Origin: Candidatus Bathyarchaeota archaeon
GTDB taxonomy: Archaea > Thermoproteota > Bathyarchaeia > 40CM-2-53-6
Direction of reading: 5' to 3'
DNA: 64,000 nt
Assembly: GCA_005888635.1 (NCBI GenBank)
Contig: VBAW01000016.1
Span: 133,859-197,858, forward strand
Shown in pieces: positions 30,032-39,602 of this stretch (position 1 is the first letter of the stretch; each line of letters opens with the position of its first letter). Below the pieces are notes generated by a model. The model did not search any database, was not told where the DNA came from, and saw only the letters and a program-made list of their open reading frames with translations. Position numbers and translations under genes: made by a program.

Positions 30032-31165
30032 TTAGTCTTCTTCTGATGGAAACTTCTTCTTCGAAGCTTCGGAAGACTTGACACCGTCCTTACTGTCCAT
30101 CCCGTCTGAGCTCTTATCATCCGATTTGAATTGACTCTTCTCAGAATTCTCTTGGGTTGTTGCAGTATCCTCAGGAGTTGATGGTTTAGCTAGACTTGGA
30201 CTGATTGAAAGATCTAGGCGCGGTTTAGTTGCTTCAGAGCCTGATCGGGGACTTGCGCTAGGCACTGGATTCCTGGGAAAATTGGTCGGGCGAGGCGGTC
30301 TGGGGAGAGCCTTGGGGACCAAGGGGTTGGTCATTGGCCCGACGATAACGCTTGGCGGGACTATTTTCGGCGCAGGTGCTGGGATGTAGGGCTGTCTCAG
30401 TCCGCCGGAGTCGGAGACTGATGGCACCTTTCTAGTGGGAGATGAAGGCCTGAGGATTCCCCGGGATTCTCCTATGAATTTGGGGCTGTCTTCCCAGCTG
30501 GAACCGCCTTGATTCGGTGGCGCAGGCATAGTTGGTCTGTCGAATGCTCTCTCGGAAATGACTGTCTGTGGCGGTGGCCTTTCAGCTCCTTTCTCAGTTA
30601 TCATCATTGGTTTCATAAGAGCGGGCGTGCTTGTTGGCAGGGCTTCGATCCTCGGTGGAGGAACTCCTGTCTCGCGACCGAAGGGAACATCGTCGCGGTT
30701 TGCTCCCGTGGATCTTGCGCTCATTGGCGGGCCAGCCTCTAGCGGTGTTCGAAACGCTTTCTCCCACGATCCTGGACGGGGTTCGGTCTGACTGGGAGCA
30801 ACGGTTGGAGTTGTTGCAATCACGGGGGCTGGGTGAACTTTTTCGATTTTCAGCTCAGCGACCTGGGCCTCAAGTACGAGGTTACGTTTCATCAGATTCT
30901 CTAGCATCTGCAATGCTCTTTCTAGTCGAATACCTGGGCGCAGTCCTCTCTGGAACTTGAAGGCTAGGGTGATGGCGAGTGTCGCGATTATGACCATAAC
31001 AGCAATGTCGATAGTACTGAACGATAGCTGTGGGAATCTCTGCAGACTGCCGGCCAATTGGTCTGCGACAGAGGGGTTATTGGCGTAGACTAGGAACAAC
31101 CAGTATGAGAGCCAGCCTACGAACGCGGTCTCTATAGCAACGAGCTTGATAAGGAGTCTTCTCAA
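30032..31165 (-). CDS. membrane-anchored coiled-coil / proline-rich protein (paralogue 1)
   Basis: 377 aa with an N-terminal two-TM anchor (WLSYWLFLVYANNP...IAVMVIIATLAITLAF), a short coiled coil, then a Pro/Ser-rich low-complexity tail. Confidence 0.6.
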   Translation of the reverse strand: MRRLLIKLVAIETAFVGWLSYWLFLVYANNPSVADQLAGSLQRFPQLSFSTIDIAVMVIIATLAITLAFKFQRGLRPGIRLERALQMLENLMKRNLVLEAQVAELKIEKVHPAPVIATTPTVAPSQTEPRPGSWEKAFRTPLEAGPPMSARSTGANRDDVPFGRETGVPPPRIEALPTSTPALMKPMMITEKGAERPPPQTVISERAFDRPTMPAPPNQGGSSWEDSPKFIGESRGILRPSSPTRKVPSVSDSGGLRQPYIPAPAPKIVPPSVIVGPMTNPLVPKALPRPPRPTNFPRNPVPSASPRSGSEATKPRLDLSISPSLAKPSTPEDTATTQENSEKSQFKSDDKSSDGMDSKDGVKSSEASKKKFPSEED

Positions 31166-31258
31166 ACTATCCTTCTCTCCTCCTTGGGAGCAACAAGTGG
31201 AACTCTGCTTGGTAAGAGCCTAAGACTTGCTGTAACTGGCTCAGATGGGTCAAAGTCC

Positions 31259-32641
31259 CTATTTTGCCTCTCCGACTCCTCGATCTTTCCGCAAAGTCTT
31301 CAATATCGTATCTAAGGCGGTGTCCCAATCCATCTCTCCTCCGCCCCCAGTCGCTGCTGGAGGGTTCTTCGATTCGGCCCCCGGGTTTGTCGAGGACAGG
31401 TCACCGAATGATTGGGGTTTCTCTGAGGAGTCGGGTGATTCTTTGTCTGGGGTCTGGGTAGGTGGCTTCCAGGGCTGAGGCATTGGCATTGGTCCTCCAA
31501 GAGGAGGAGGTGGTCGAGGTCCGGGTTGACCTTGTCCAGGTTGGGGTCCCATTCCGGGTGGGGGTCGGGGTGGACCTGCACCGAATGGTCTTGGGGGTGC
31601 CATAGGTGGTGCCATAGGTCGTTGTTCTCCGGGTCTTCCCGGACCTTGTGTGACGAAGGGGCGGGGTCCACCCTGTGTAGGGGGTAGCGGGGGTCTCATG
31701 GGCATGGGGGCAGGTCGAGGAATTCCTTGGGGTGGCGGGGAGCCCTGTGGATATGTGGATCCTGATGATGGGGTCCATTTGGTCGGGAGTGGCGGGATAG
31801 ATCTTACTCCAGAGGTCTCGGAAGACGGCGCGATCCGCGGCCGGTCTGGAGGAGCCCACTTTGACGGGACTGCTGAGGACTGTGAACTTTGAGGCTGACC
31901 TGCGGGGGAGGGGAACGGGACGCCTTGTCTTGCTGATGTGTCAAGTCCCGGTTTCTGGAATACAGGCCCTGTCTCTGATCTCCGATTGTCCATGGTCGAC
32001 GGAGGGGCATTCCAAGCCGGGCTTGGTCCGGGTCTAGGCGACTGCTCGGTTGGTGGGCGGATTGTCGAACTGGGTGGATTCTGGGGGGTAGGTTGGAAAG
32101 GCGAGGAAGTAGGTCTCGACGCTTCAGCTCGCAAGGTCTGTAATACCGCGGAGGCACTCTTTCCCGCTACGTCCTGTTTCTGGGCCGGGAACGTATCGGT
32201 CGAGGACTTGGCAGCTGTTGACCATGTCAGGCTCGGGCTGGCTCTTGGACTGCTCGGGCTAGAACTCTTTGGTAATGGTGGAACCGCGTAGACTGTATGC
32301 TTTGACCCGGTGGAAGGCGGAGCGCCTGTGGGGAGGATCTGTCTCGAGGGCGAGGCGGTCGGAGTGCCTGTTGAGAGTATTGATCCTGGTTTGAACGATT
32401 TTGATTTCTGAATTCTTCCGACGAGGCCTTGGTCACCGTGCCGTCTCTTGAGGAGCACGTATCCAAAACCGGATCCTCCACCTAGGCCGATCGTTAGAAC
32501 TATGAACGGTGAATAGGGTCCGATTGAGGTGTTAACGTAGTTCTGGAAATAGATATCGTTCAGATACTGGTTGACGAGCCAGAAGGTGAGGAATAGGTTG
32601 ACGAGGATAGAGATGGTTGTTCCGATTCGTATTTTGACCAC
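31259..32641 (-). CDS. membrane-anchored proline-rich protein (paralogue 2)
   Basis: 460 aa with a related two-TM anchor (FWLVNQYLNDIYFQNYVNTSIGPYSPFIVLTIGLG), then a roughly 380-aa Pro/Gly/Ser-rich tail containing a 12-nt tandem duplication (PMAPPMAPP). Confidence 0.6.
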   Translation of the reverse strand: MVKIRIGTTISILVNLFLTFWLVNQYLNDIYFQNYVNTSIGPYSPFIVLTIGLGGGSGFGYVLLKRRHGDQGLVGRIQKSKSFKPGSILSTGTPTASPSRQILPTGAPPSTGSKHTVYAVPPLPKSSSPSSPRASPSLTWSTAAKSSTDTFPAQKQDVAGKSASAVLQTLRAEASRPTSSPFQPTPQNPPSSTIRPPTEQSPRPGPSPAWNAPPSTMDNRRSETGPVFQKPGLDTSARQGVPFPSPAGQPQSSQSSAVPSKWAPPDRPRIAPSSETSGVRSIPPLPTKWTPSSGSTYPQGSPPPQGIPRPAPMPMRPPLPPTQGGPRPFVTQGPGRPGEQRPMAPPMAPPRPFGAGPPRPPPGMGPQPGQGQPGPRPPPPLGGPMPMPQPWKPPTQTPDKESPDSSEKPQSFGDLSSTNPGAESKNPPAATGGGGEMDWDTALDTILKTLRKDRGVGEAK

Positions 32642-32985
32642 TAGTAGTCATCCTCGGGTTTGCTAGTTTTCTTGGGAGGTTTCAGTACGGTCCGGATGGT
32701 TGAGATGAGTCGGGTGAAACCGTAGGCTGATGCGATCATCAGGACGACTACTAGGAATACTGGGTTGAAGGATCCGAAGTATTGTTGTTCGTAGATGTTG
32801 TAGAAATATTCCGTGACTAGCCAGACGCCGAAGAATAGGATGATCCCGTATTCGAGGATGGATGTGAGGAGTGTGGTCTGGTATAGGTTGCTCCCTGCAG
32901 AGTCTTCTCCATGCCAGCCCAACAAAGTTTCGATGTACCTTCTACTTCCACTCTTCTTGGGTTGGGTCTCCTCCTCAACCCCCAA
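32641..32985 (-). CDS. small membrane protein, anchor-only paralogue 3
   Basis: 114 aa. VWLVTEYFYNIYEQQYFGSFNPVFLVVVLMIAS aligns with the anchors of the two downstream genes. Its stop overlaps the start of paralogue 2. Confidence 0.5.
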   Translation of the reverse strand: MGVEEETQPKKSGSRRYIETLLGWHGEDSAGSNLYQTTLLTSILEYGIILFFGVWLVTEYFYNIYEQQYFGSFNPVFLVVVLMIASAYGFTRLISTIRTVLKPPKKTSKPEDDY

Positions 32986-33133
32986 TAATCCTCAACGCAA
33001 GATGCCCGTCTCCGCAATCACCATAAGCGTGCTGTAACCGGTGGAAGATGAAACGCGGTACATTGACCGGTGACAGGGATTATCTTCGCATCGATCTACG
33101 GGCTAAATCAGAGACGACTCATCTTTTCGCACA

Positions 33134-33141
33134 TTAAAATA
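33134..33141 (+). promoter_or_regulatory. candidate TATA box (TTAAAATA) upstream of radA
   Basis: AT-rich octamer 40-47 nt upstream of the radA ATG, in an otherwise GC-balanced intergenic region. Consistent with archaeal BRE/TATA spacing. Confidence 0.35.
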
Positions 33142-33180
33142 CGGCACAGAGCGAAAACAGTCTAGCTCTCAAAGTGAGCC

Positions 33181-34173
33181 ATGGTGACTCAAGAAACCGC
33201 CCGGAAATACGAAGTTGTAGAAGACCTCCCGGGCGTAGGTCCATCAACAGCTGACAAGCTGAAAGAACTCGGCTTCCACACAGTCGAGAGCCTAGCAACG
33301 GCCACGATTAGAGAGCTCGTCCCAGCTGGGATAGGCGAGAAACAGGCCGCCAAGATCATCGGCGTAGCGCGAGACAGCATCTCGCTATCGTTCATCAGAG
33401 CCGACGAACTGATGAGAATGAAGGCTAACGTCCTACGGCTCACAACCGGCAGCAAATCCTTCGACGAACTGATCGGCGGCGGACTAGAAACACAGACGAT
33501 TACAGAAGTCTATGGTGAGTATGGAGTGGGCAAGTCGATCCTCTGCCATCAACTAGCCGTCAACGTTCAGCTTCCAGTAGAAAAGGGCGGTCTAGATGGC
33601 GGAGCACTGTATCTGGACACTGAACAGACTTTTCGTCCAGAGTGGATCGTCCGGATGGCAAAATCCGCGGGGCTGGAGGCAACAGATGTTGCACAGCGGA
33701 TAATCTACTCAGAGGCGTATAATTCCGATCACCAAGTCCTTCTTCTGGAGAAGGCTGATCAGATAATCAAAGACAATAACATACGCGTAATAATAATCGA
33801 CTCGCTAACGTCTCATTTCAGAAGCGAATACCTGGGAAGAGAGATGCTGGCCGAACGGCAGCAACGATTGAACAATCACATGCACAGACTAATACGACTC
33901 GCCAGGGGATTCAACGCCGTGGCGGTTGTGACTAACCAGGTCATGTCCAAGCCCGACCAGTTCTTCGCCAACTCAGTGGACGCTGTTGGCGGCCACATCG
34001 TCGCCCACACAAGCCACACACGGGTCTTTCTACGCCGCGCGGCGACTGGTCCAATAAGGATAGCGCGCCTCGTCTCCAGCCCCTACCTTCCTGAGGGTGA
34101 AAGAATATTCAAGGTCACCGAGACAGGCATACTTGACGTGTCAGAGGAGGACGAGGTCAAGCGTCGTCGGTAA
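33181..34173 (+). CDS. radA: DNA repair and recombination protein RadA
   Basis: 330 aa with an N-terminal HhH domain (LPGVGPSTADKLKELGF), Walker A GEYGVGKS and RecA-fold core. Confidence 0.9.
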   Translation: MVTQETARKYEVVEDLPGVGPSTADKLKELGFHTVESLATATIRELVPAGIGEKQAAKIIGVARDSISLSFIRADELMRMKANVLRLTTGSKSFDELIGGGLETQTITEVYGEYGVGKSILCHQLAVNVQLPVEKGGLDGGALYLDTEQTFRPEWIVRMAKSAGLEATDVAQRIIYSEAYNSDHQVLLLEKADQIIKDNNIRVIIIDSLTSHFRSEYLGREMLAERQQRLNNHMHRLIRLARGFNAVAVVTNQVMSKPDQFFANSVDAVGGHIVAHTSHTRVFLRRAATGPIRIARLVSSPYLPEGERIFKVTETGILDVSEEDEVKRRR

Positions 34174-34202
34174 GACCAAAGAGCTCTATTCCAACGGACT
34201 CG

Positions 34203-34628
34203 GTGAATAGATTCTTCCAGAACGTGGAAGAGCGAGCCTGGACAGATGCGGAGAAGGAGCTTGATGGTATTCGTCAGAAAGCCGAGAACGCTCTCTGGCA
34301 CAAGGGATACGTCAAGGCTCTAGAGGGCTTGCTGTTAACGTACCGGACCAACGATGACAAGTACATCTACCTCCCGAAAATGCTCGGGACCGGCGGAGAT
34401 GAATCGATCAATCAACTCCGAAAAGAGTTCGGAGAGTTTGCAGCCAACGAGATTCACGGAGAATATGACCGGGGATACTTCAAAGCGTTGGAAGATTACG
34501 TCACACTTCTATCGTCGATGAAGAGTCCGTCCCCTGCTATCTCCCCGACTCCTCCGGTACCTGAGGAGAAGAAGGAATCTCCTAAGAAGGATGCGGATTT
34601 AGAACGGTATACAGCAGAATCGTCGTAA
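34203..34628 (+). CDS. hypothetical protein
   Basis: 141-aa hydrophilic ORF after radA. Confidence 0.45.
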   Translation: MNRFFQNVEERAWTDAEKELDGIRQKAENALWHKGYVKALEGLLLTYRTNDDKYIYLPKMLGTGGDESINQLRKEFGEFAANEIHGEYDRGYFKALEDYVTLLSSMKSPSPAISPTPPVPEEKKESPKKDADLERYTAESS

Positions 34629-35007
34629 AGATCATCCAGATAACATAGGATCCCATTCCAATCGTCACGTGCTTGTTCGGACCCTTCAGCACCTCTGGAC
34701 CGTATCCGAGAAGATTCTTCACCAGAAAGACGGAGACGGAATAAACGCCTATTCCCACAGTGATCATACTCAACGTCCCAAGGCCCACTCCCAGGGAGCC
34801 GAATCCTGCAAGGTTGTAGACGACTCCGGCCAAAACGCCAAAGCCGAGCCGCAACCAGTAGACGAGCGAAGCTGGGGGCAAACGGCCGAGGTGGACCTCT
34901 TTGGCTGTCTGGACAGATATGTTCGATCCCGTGCTCGACAAGGCTCGAATGGGGGCCGGCTTCAATCGTGCTGATAACGTTTTGCCGGAAGACATCGTGA
35001 TATTCAC
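34582..35007 (-). CDS. hypothetical small membrane protein (start uncertain)
   Basis: Hydrophobic ORF with Gly-rich TM helices. Its 5' part overlaps the preceding + strand ORF. Confidence 0.3.
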   Translation of the reverse strand: MNITMSSGKTLSARLKPAPIRALSSTGSNISVQTAKEVHLGRLPPASLVYWLRLGFGVLAGVVYNLAGFGSLGVGLGTLSMITVGIGVYSVSVFLVKNLLGYGPEVLKGPNKHVTIGMGSYVIWMIFTTILLYTVLNPHPS

Positions 35008-35048
35008 ATGAAGATTTTATAGAAGCCGGGTCTCCTGGCCGTTCTGCC

Positions 35049-35636
35049 TTGTCGGTGCACGAGACCGAGCCTGAATCCGTTCTCGTACGAGATATCATGT
35101 CAAGGCCTGTTATCACCGCGAAAGAGTCTGACACTGCAGCTGATGTCGCGAAGCTAATGGCCAAGCATAACATCGGATGCGTGCTCGTCTCGGGCAAGAA
35201 AGGAGAAACGGTCGGGATAATTACTGAGCGAGATATCGTTCAGAGAATCGCGGCCAAGAATCTCATCCCGTCGAAAGTGACCGTGGGCGAGGCCATGACC
35301 AAGCCCGTCGTCACAATAAAATCGGGAGCTAATGTCACGGACGCTGCGAAGCTGATGAACCAGCGAAAGATCAGAAGACTCGCTGTAATGGAGAATGGAA
35401 AACTTATGGGAATTTTGACGATGAAAGACATTCTAGAAATTACTCCTGCAATAATCGATCTTGCCTCTGAGAAGAGTAAAGCTGGACTGGGACGGACCCC
35501 CAGGACGAGTACCTCTCGTCTGTCCGGTTATTGTGACGAGTGTGAAACTTGGTCGGAAGCGTTGGTGCAGAAGGATGGAGTCTTCCTCTGTCAGGACTGC
35601 GCAAAGGAACTTGGCCCGGTCGAAGAAGACAACTGA
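35049..35636 (+). CDS. CBS-pair protein with C-terminal zinc ribbon
   Basis: Two CBS motifs (VRDIMSRPVITAK..., AVMENGKLMGILTMKDIL) followed by CDECETW...CQDCAKE. Confidence 0.75.
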   Translation: MSVHETEPESVLVRDIMSRPVITAKESDTAADVAKLMAKHNIGCVLVSGKKGETVGIITERDIVQRIAAKNLIPSKVTVGEAMTKPVVTIKSGANVTDAAKLMNQRKIRRLAVMENGKLMGILTMKDILEITPAIIDLASEKSKAGLGRTPRTSTSRLSGYCDECETWSEALVQKDGVFLCQDCAKELGPVEEDN

Positions 35637-36963
35637 GACCGCAGTAGATCTGGAAGACCGGAATATTCTGGTCAAAGATGCTGACATCTGGAATGGAAAG
35701 GGCTTCACTAGGGGCTGCATTCTGATCCTAGAAGGCCGGATCAAACGAATAGCTCGCAGCATAACGGACAGTGGAGTAGAGACGATTGATGCTCTGGGAC
35801 TCAAGGCTCTACCTGGACTCATAGACGTTCATGTCCATCTCAGGGACATTGGACTCGCCTACAAGGAGGATTTTGCTACTGGAACAGCTGCAGCCGCAGC
35901 AGGAGGATTCACGACGGTGCTTGACATGCCGAACACGGTCCCTCCAACCGATTCCGCTAGCCGCTTGATTGAAAAGCGGAGAGTAGCAGCCCAGAAGACC
36001 TACGTCAATGTAGGTTTTCACGCGGCCGCAGTATCTGATTCTCACGACATAGAATCCTTAGCCGATGCAGGAGCATTCTCGCTCAAACTCTACATGCCGA
36101 AACCTATCGCGCCCTTCGATGTCGAGAATGACCAGGCAATAGAGAAAATGATGCGAACCGCAGGGCGCGTTGGGACGCCGGTAACCGTTCATGCAGAAGA
36201 TCTTGTCACTGGGGAAAATACGAGCAAGACAGATAGCTTCGAGGCGGCCGCAGAGGCTCGGCCTCCAATCTTCGAAACTCGCGCTGTCGATAGACTATTG
36301 AGAATTCAGAAGAAGGCTCGTTGCCACGTCCACTACTGCCACCTAACTCTCCGCTCCAGCCTCACGAAGATCACTGGTTCGACAAGATCCACTAGCGAGG
36401 TCACGCCTCATCATCTCCTCCTCTCCAAGAAGATCTTGTCCAGTCTCAGGTGGAGAGCCTGGATGGTTCCCCCATTAAGATCTGAAGAGACGAGGTGGAG
36501 CTTGCTCAAATCCACACTTACTGGTCTCTGCAGCGTTATCGCCAGTGATCATGCCCCTCACGCCGTCATCGAGAAGGATCAATCCGTCAGCAAGAGTCCG
36601 CCGGGTATCCCAGGATTGGAAACGACACTGCCATTAATGTTGACACTGGTCAACAGACAACAGATGAGTCTCTCGCTCTTAGTGAAACTTCTGTGCGATA
36701 ATCCTGCAAGGATTTTCGGTCTCAAGTCCAAGGCCAAGCTTCGGAGGGGAGCGGATGGCGATGTTGTCTTGGTTGATCTGAAGAAGAAATCTATGATAGA
36801 TTCAAGTAAGTTCTTTTCGAAGGCGAAGTATTCGCCTTTTGATGGGTTCAGGACTCAGGGCGCGGTTCATTCTACCATTGTTGGCGGAGGGGTCGTCTAC
36901 AGGGAGGGAGAGATCGTCGCCGGAGAAGGCTCTGGCTCCGTGTTGCGAAGTGGTTCATGTTGA
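35611..36963 (+). CDS. pyrC: dihydroorotase-family cyclic amidohydrolase (start uncertain)
   Basis: LPGLIDVHVHLRD and VIASDHAPH metal-binding motifs. The nearest in-frame canonical start after the CBS gene stop is absent; TTG 35611 or ATG 35575 would overlap the upstream gene. Confidence 0.75.
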   Translation: MARSKKTTETAVDLEDRNILVKDADIWNGKGFTRGCILILEGRIKRIARSITDSGVETIDALGLKALPGLIDVHVHLRDIGLAYKEDFATGTAAAAAGGFTTVLDMPNTVPPTDSASRLIEKRRVAAQKTYVNVGFHAAAVSDSHDIESLADAGAFSLKLYMPKPIAPFDVENDQAIEKMMRTAGRVGTPVTVHAEDLVTGENTSKTDSFEAAAEARPPIFETRAVDRLLRIQKKARCHVHYCHLTLRSSLTKITGSTRSTSEVTPHHLLLSKKILSSLRWRAWMVPPLRSEETRWSLLKSTLTGLCSVIASDHAPHAVIEKDQSVSKSPPGIPGLETTLPLMLTLVNRQQMSLSLLVKLLCDNPARIFGLKSKAKLRRGADGDVVLVDLKKKSMIDSSKFFSKAKYSPFDGFRTQGAVHSTIVGGGVVYREGEIVAGEGSGSVLRSGSC

Positions 36964-37460
36964 GGTTTGTAGTTGACGGAATGCTCGGAGCCCTATCGCG
37001 CTGGCTGAGAATGCTGGGATACGTGACAGAATATGATTCGAAAGCTGACGACAACATTCTCTTACGAAACTCCCAGACGCTGGACACTGTCCTCTTGACG
37101 CGTGATGAAGAGCTCTACAATAGAGCTCTCGCAAAGAATATTCGTTCAGTGCTGGTTCTCGGCGATACTGAGGAAGCCCGACTGGGACAGTTAGCGAGAA
37201 CTCTCGGAATGTCCCTCGATATCGACATGGCCTCTACTAGATGCCCTGAATGCGGCGGCGAGCTTCACGAGATTTCTAAGCAAGAGGCCTCAGGCGTCGT
37301 CCCGGCCAAAAGCCTCGAACTCTACGATCGATTCTGGAGGTGTAGCAACACCAGGTGTGGGAAGACGTATTGGGTGGGAAGCCACTGGAAACAGATACGT
37401 CACACGCTCGAAGAGGCCCGAACGATAGCGACACAAGAAGAGAAGAACACGGCATGCTAA
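36957..37460 (+). CDS. Mut7-C (PIN-like RNase plus zinc ribbon) domain protein
   Basis: 167 aa. FVVDGMLGALSRWLRMLGY is the Mut7-C/DUF82 signature. C-terminal CPECGG...CSNTRCGK ribbon. Confidence 0.7.
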   Translation: MLRFVVDGMLGALSRWLRMLGYVTEYDSKADDNILLRNSQTLDTVLLTRDEELYNRALAKNIRSVLVLGDTEEARLGQLARTLGMSLDIDMASTRCPECGGELHEISKQEASGVVPAKSLELYDRFWRCSNTRCGKTYWVGSHWKQIRHTLEEARTIATQEEKNTAC

Positions 37461-38065
37461 GTGTAGAAGAGGGCGCGTTATTGGTGAAGACGGCGCGGGT
37501 AGCCGTTGAAACTCATCTGTCAGGAAAAGAGACCCATGGGGCGGCTGAACCGAGTCCTGGCTTGAGAGAAGAGAGAGGAGTCTTCGTAACTCTGCTCGAT
37601 CATGCCAATGGTGGCAATCTGCGGGGGTGTATTGGGATCCCTTTTCCAACTCGATCGCTTCTTGAACAGGTTCGGATTGTGGCAGTGGAGGCAGCGACGA
37701 CAGATTTCCGCTTCGAGCCCGTGGGGCTTGAAGAGTTGCAGAACAGGATTGTCTTGGAGGCGACTGTCCTCTCGGCTATAGAACCTATCTGGGTAAAGAA
37801 TCCGCTCGACTTTAGAGAGAATATTCTGGTTGGGAGGGACGGTCTGATGGTTGAGGGCATGGGAAGTCACGGGCTGCTGTTGCCCCAAGTCGCCGTTGAC
37901 GAAGGGTTTGATAGTGAGGAGTTTCTTTCGCAGTGTTGTTTGAAGGCCGATCTTCCTCCGGATGCGTGGCTTACCGGCGATGTACGGGTCTCCCGGTTTC
38001 AGGGCCAGGTTTTTGCGGAGGAGAAGCCGAATGGTCGGGTGTTTGAGAGGCGTCTGAAACCGTAG
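37454..38065 (+). CDS. AMMECR1 domain protein
   Basis: About 203 aa from MLSVEEGALL, with the LRGCIG motif. Overlaps the Mut7-C stop by 7 nt. Confidence 0.8.
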   Translation: MLSVEEGALLVKTARVAVETHLSGKETHGAAEPSPGLREERGVFVTLLDHANGGNLRGCIGIPFPTRSLLEQVRIVAVEAATTDFRFEPVGLEELQNRIVLEATVLSAIEPIWVKNPLDFRENILVGRDGLMVEGMGSHGLLLPQVAVDEGFDSEEFLSQCCLKADLPPDAWLTGDVRVSRFQGQVFAEEKPNGRVFERRLKP

Positions 38066-38160
38066 TTCAACTCGCGTGGACTCTCACATCTAGACGGCAC
38101 GTGTGTTGGATCTTTCAGAATTCGAGACGTGTCAGATAGAGTGGGGGCTCGGGTTACAGC

Positions 38161-38655
38161 ATGGTAAAACGGAAAATTGTGGATACTTCTCCGGAAGACT
38201 TGTCCAACCTTCAACGCTTGGTTGGCCCGGAAAATGTTCTCGCACATTGCGCAGGGGTCAACTACCAGGTCTACGTCACGGACACACGTCTTCTAGTTGG
38301 GAAGAGATTTACGACCGGAGAGAAGTTCATGAACGTCCCAACAGCGAGCATCAACACTCTAGAGCTGATCACCAAGAGTCTCCTTCCACCGTTGACCTTC
38401 GCGGTTCTCGGCGCGATCGCCAGTTTCCTCATCTGGTGGTTTCCGGGCACTAGAATGTTGCCGTTGCCGGTGTTTCCTTACGATATTACAATGTTGGCGG
38501 GACTCGTTATCTTTGTCGGGTCACTTGTGGTGGCTTGGTGGAGGGTGGGGATTGCGGTCCTTCGGATCCGCGTCAATGATTCTCAGAGCCCTATTACGGT
38601 GAAGCTGGTCAGTACCTCCAAGGCTGAAGCAGTTTTCAAGGCCCTCAAAGGATAG
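38161..38655 (+). CDS. hypothetical membrane protein
   Basis: 164 aa with a soluble N-terminal roughly 60 aa followed by 3 TM helices. Confidence 0.5.
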   Translation: MVKRKIVDTSPEDLSNLQRLVGPENVLAHCAGVNYQVYVTDTRLLVGKRFTTGEKFMNVPTASINTLELITKSLLPPLTFAVLGAIASFLIWWFPGTRMLPLPVFPYDITMLAGLVIFVGSLVVAWWRVGIAVLRIRVNDSQSPITVKLVSTSKAEAVFKALKG

Positions 38656-38703
38656 CAGACAACCAAGACCTTTGGGCCGCTGGAGTTCAGTGTCTCAAAA
38701 CGC

Positions 38704-39531
38704 TTGTTCTTTGTAGAACGCTTAAACTGGTCACCCTTTCTCAGAAGTCTGAGTTTGACAGCCTCAATTCAGGAGGGTGATCTGGTTTTCCTCTATCAAG
38801 ACGCTCGCCGTAACTGGATTGCTCGGGCGGGAGAGGGACGATTCCATACTCACCGAGGGTATCTTGATCTCAAGGATCTTGTCGGGTTAGAGTACGGGGT
38901 CTTCGTCAAAACTAGCCTGGGACAGTCGCTTGCGGTGTTCAAGCCTCGGCTCTTGGAGCTGGTGAACTCGTTCAACAGACCTACCCAGATAATGTATCCA
39001 AAGGACATCGGGTATGCGATCTATCAGCTTGGACTGAAAGACGGCGATACTGCGATTGAAGTGGGCACAGGTAGCGGTGCCCTCACCGGTGCGTTGGCTC
39101 AGGCGGTCGCGCCGAATGGCCGGGTGTACACTTACGAGAACCGGGAGGAGTTCTTGAGGTCGGCTAAGAAGAACGTGGAAAAGACTGGGCTATCAAGTAA
39201 GGTCATTTTTCGAAACATGGACCCATCGGAGGGATTCTTGGAGTTGAATGCAGACGCTGCTGTTATCGATCTCGGTGATCCTTGGAAGATGGTGGGCCCA
39301 GCATGGGAAGCCCTGGCAGGAGGAGGGATGCTGGCAGGCTTCACGCCCACCGTTAACCAATTAGAGAAACTTGCTGAAGCGCTGAGAAAGGGCGGATTTC
39401 TCGTACTTGAAGCGGTTGAGCTCTTGATGCGAGAGTTCAAGACCGAAACAGGGAAGATACGACCCGAGTCGCGAATGATCGGACACACCGCATATGTGAC
39501 GATCGCTCGAAAGGTCATTGTGAAAGAATAA
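38704..39531 (+). CDS. trmI: tRNA (adenine-N1)-methyltransferase TrmI/Gcd14 family
   Basis: 275 aa with IEVGTGSGALTGALAQAV SAM motif and a Gcd14-like N-terminal domain. Confidence 0.8.
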   Translation: MFFVERLNWSPFLRSLSLTASIQEGDLVFLYQDARRNWIARAGEGRFHTHRGYLDLKDLVGLEYGVFVKTSLGQSLAVFKPRLLELVNSFNRPTQIMYPKDIGYAIYQLGLKDGDTAIEVGTGSGALTGALAQAVAPNGRVYTYENREEFLRSAKKNVEKTGLSSKVIFRNMDPSEGFLELNADAAVIDLGDPWKMVGPAWEALAGGGMLAGFTPTVNQLEKLAEALRKGGFLVLEAVELLMREFKTETGKIRPESRMIGHTAYVTIARKVIVKE

Positions 39532-39602
39532 GCGTTCTTACCCCCAACTTATCATTCGGATATCAAGAACTCATTTATTCATACTCACATCTATGTCAAT
39601 CC

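Noticed and set aside
31264-32481. Many overlapping ORFs on both strands across the proline-rich genes
   Set aside because: Low-complexity GC-rich sequence yields open frames in all phases. Only the frame with the TM anchor and continuous length is credible.
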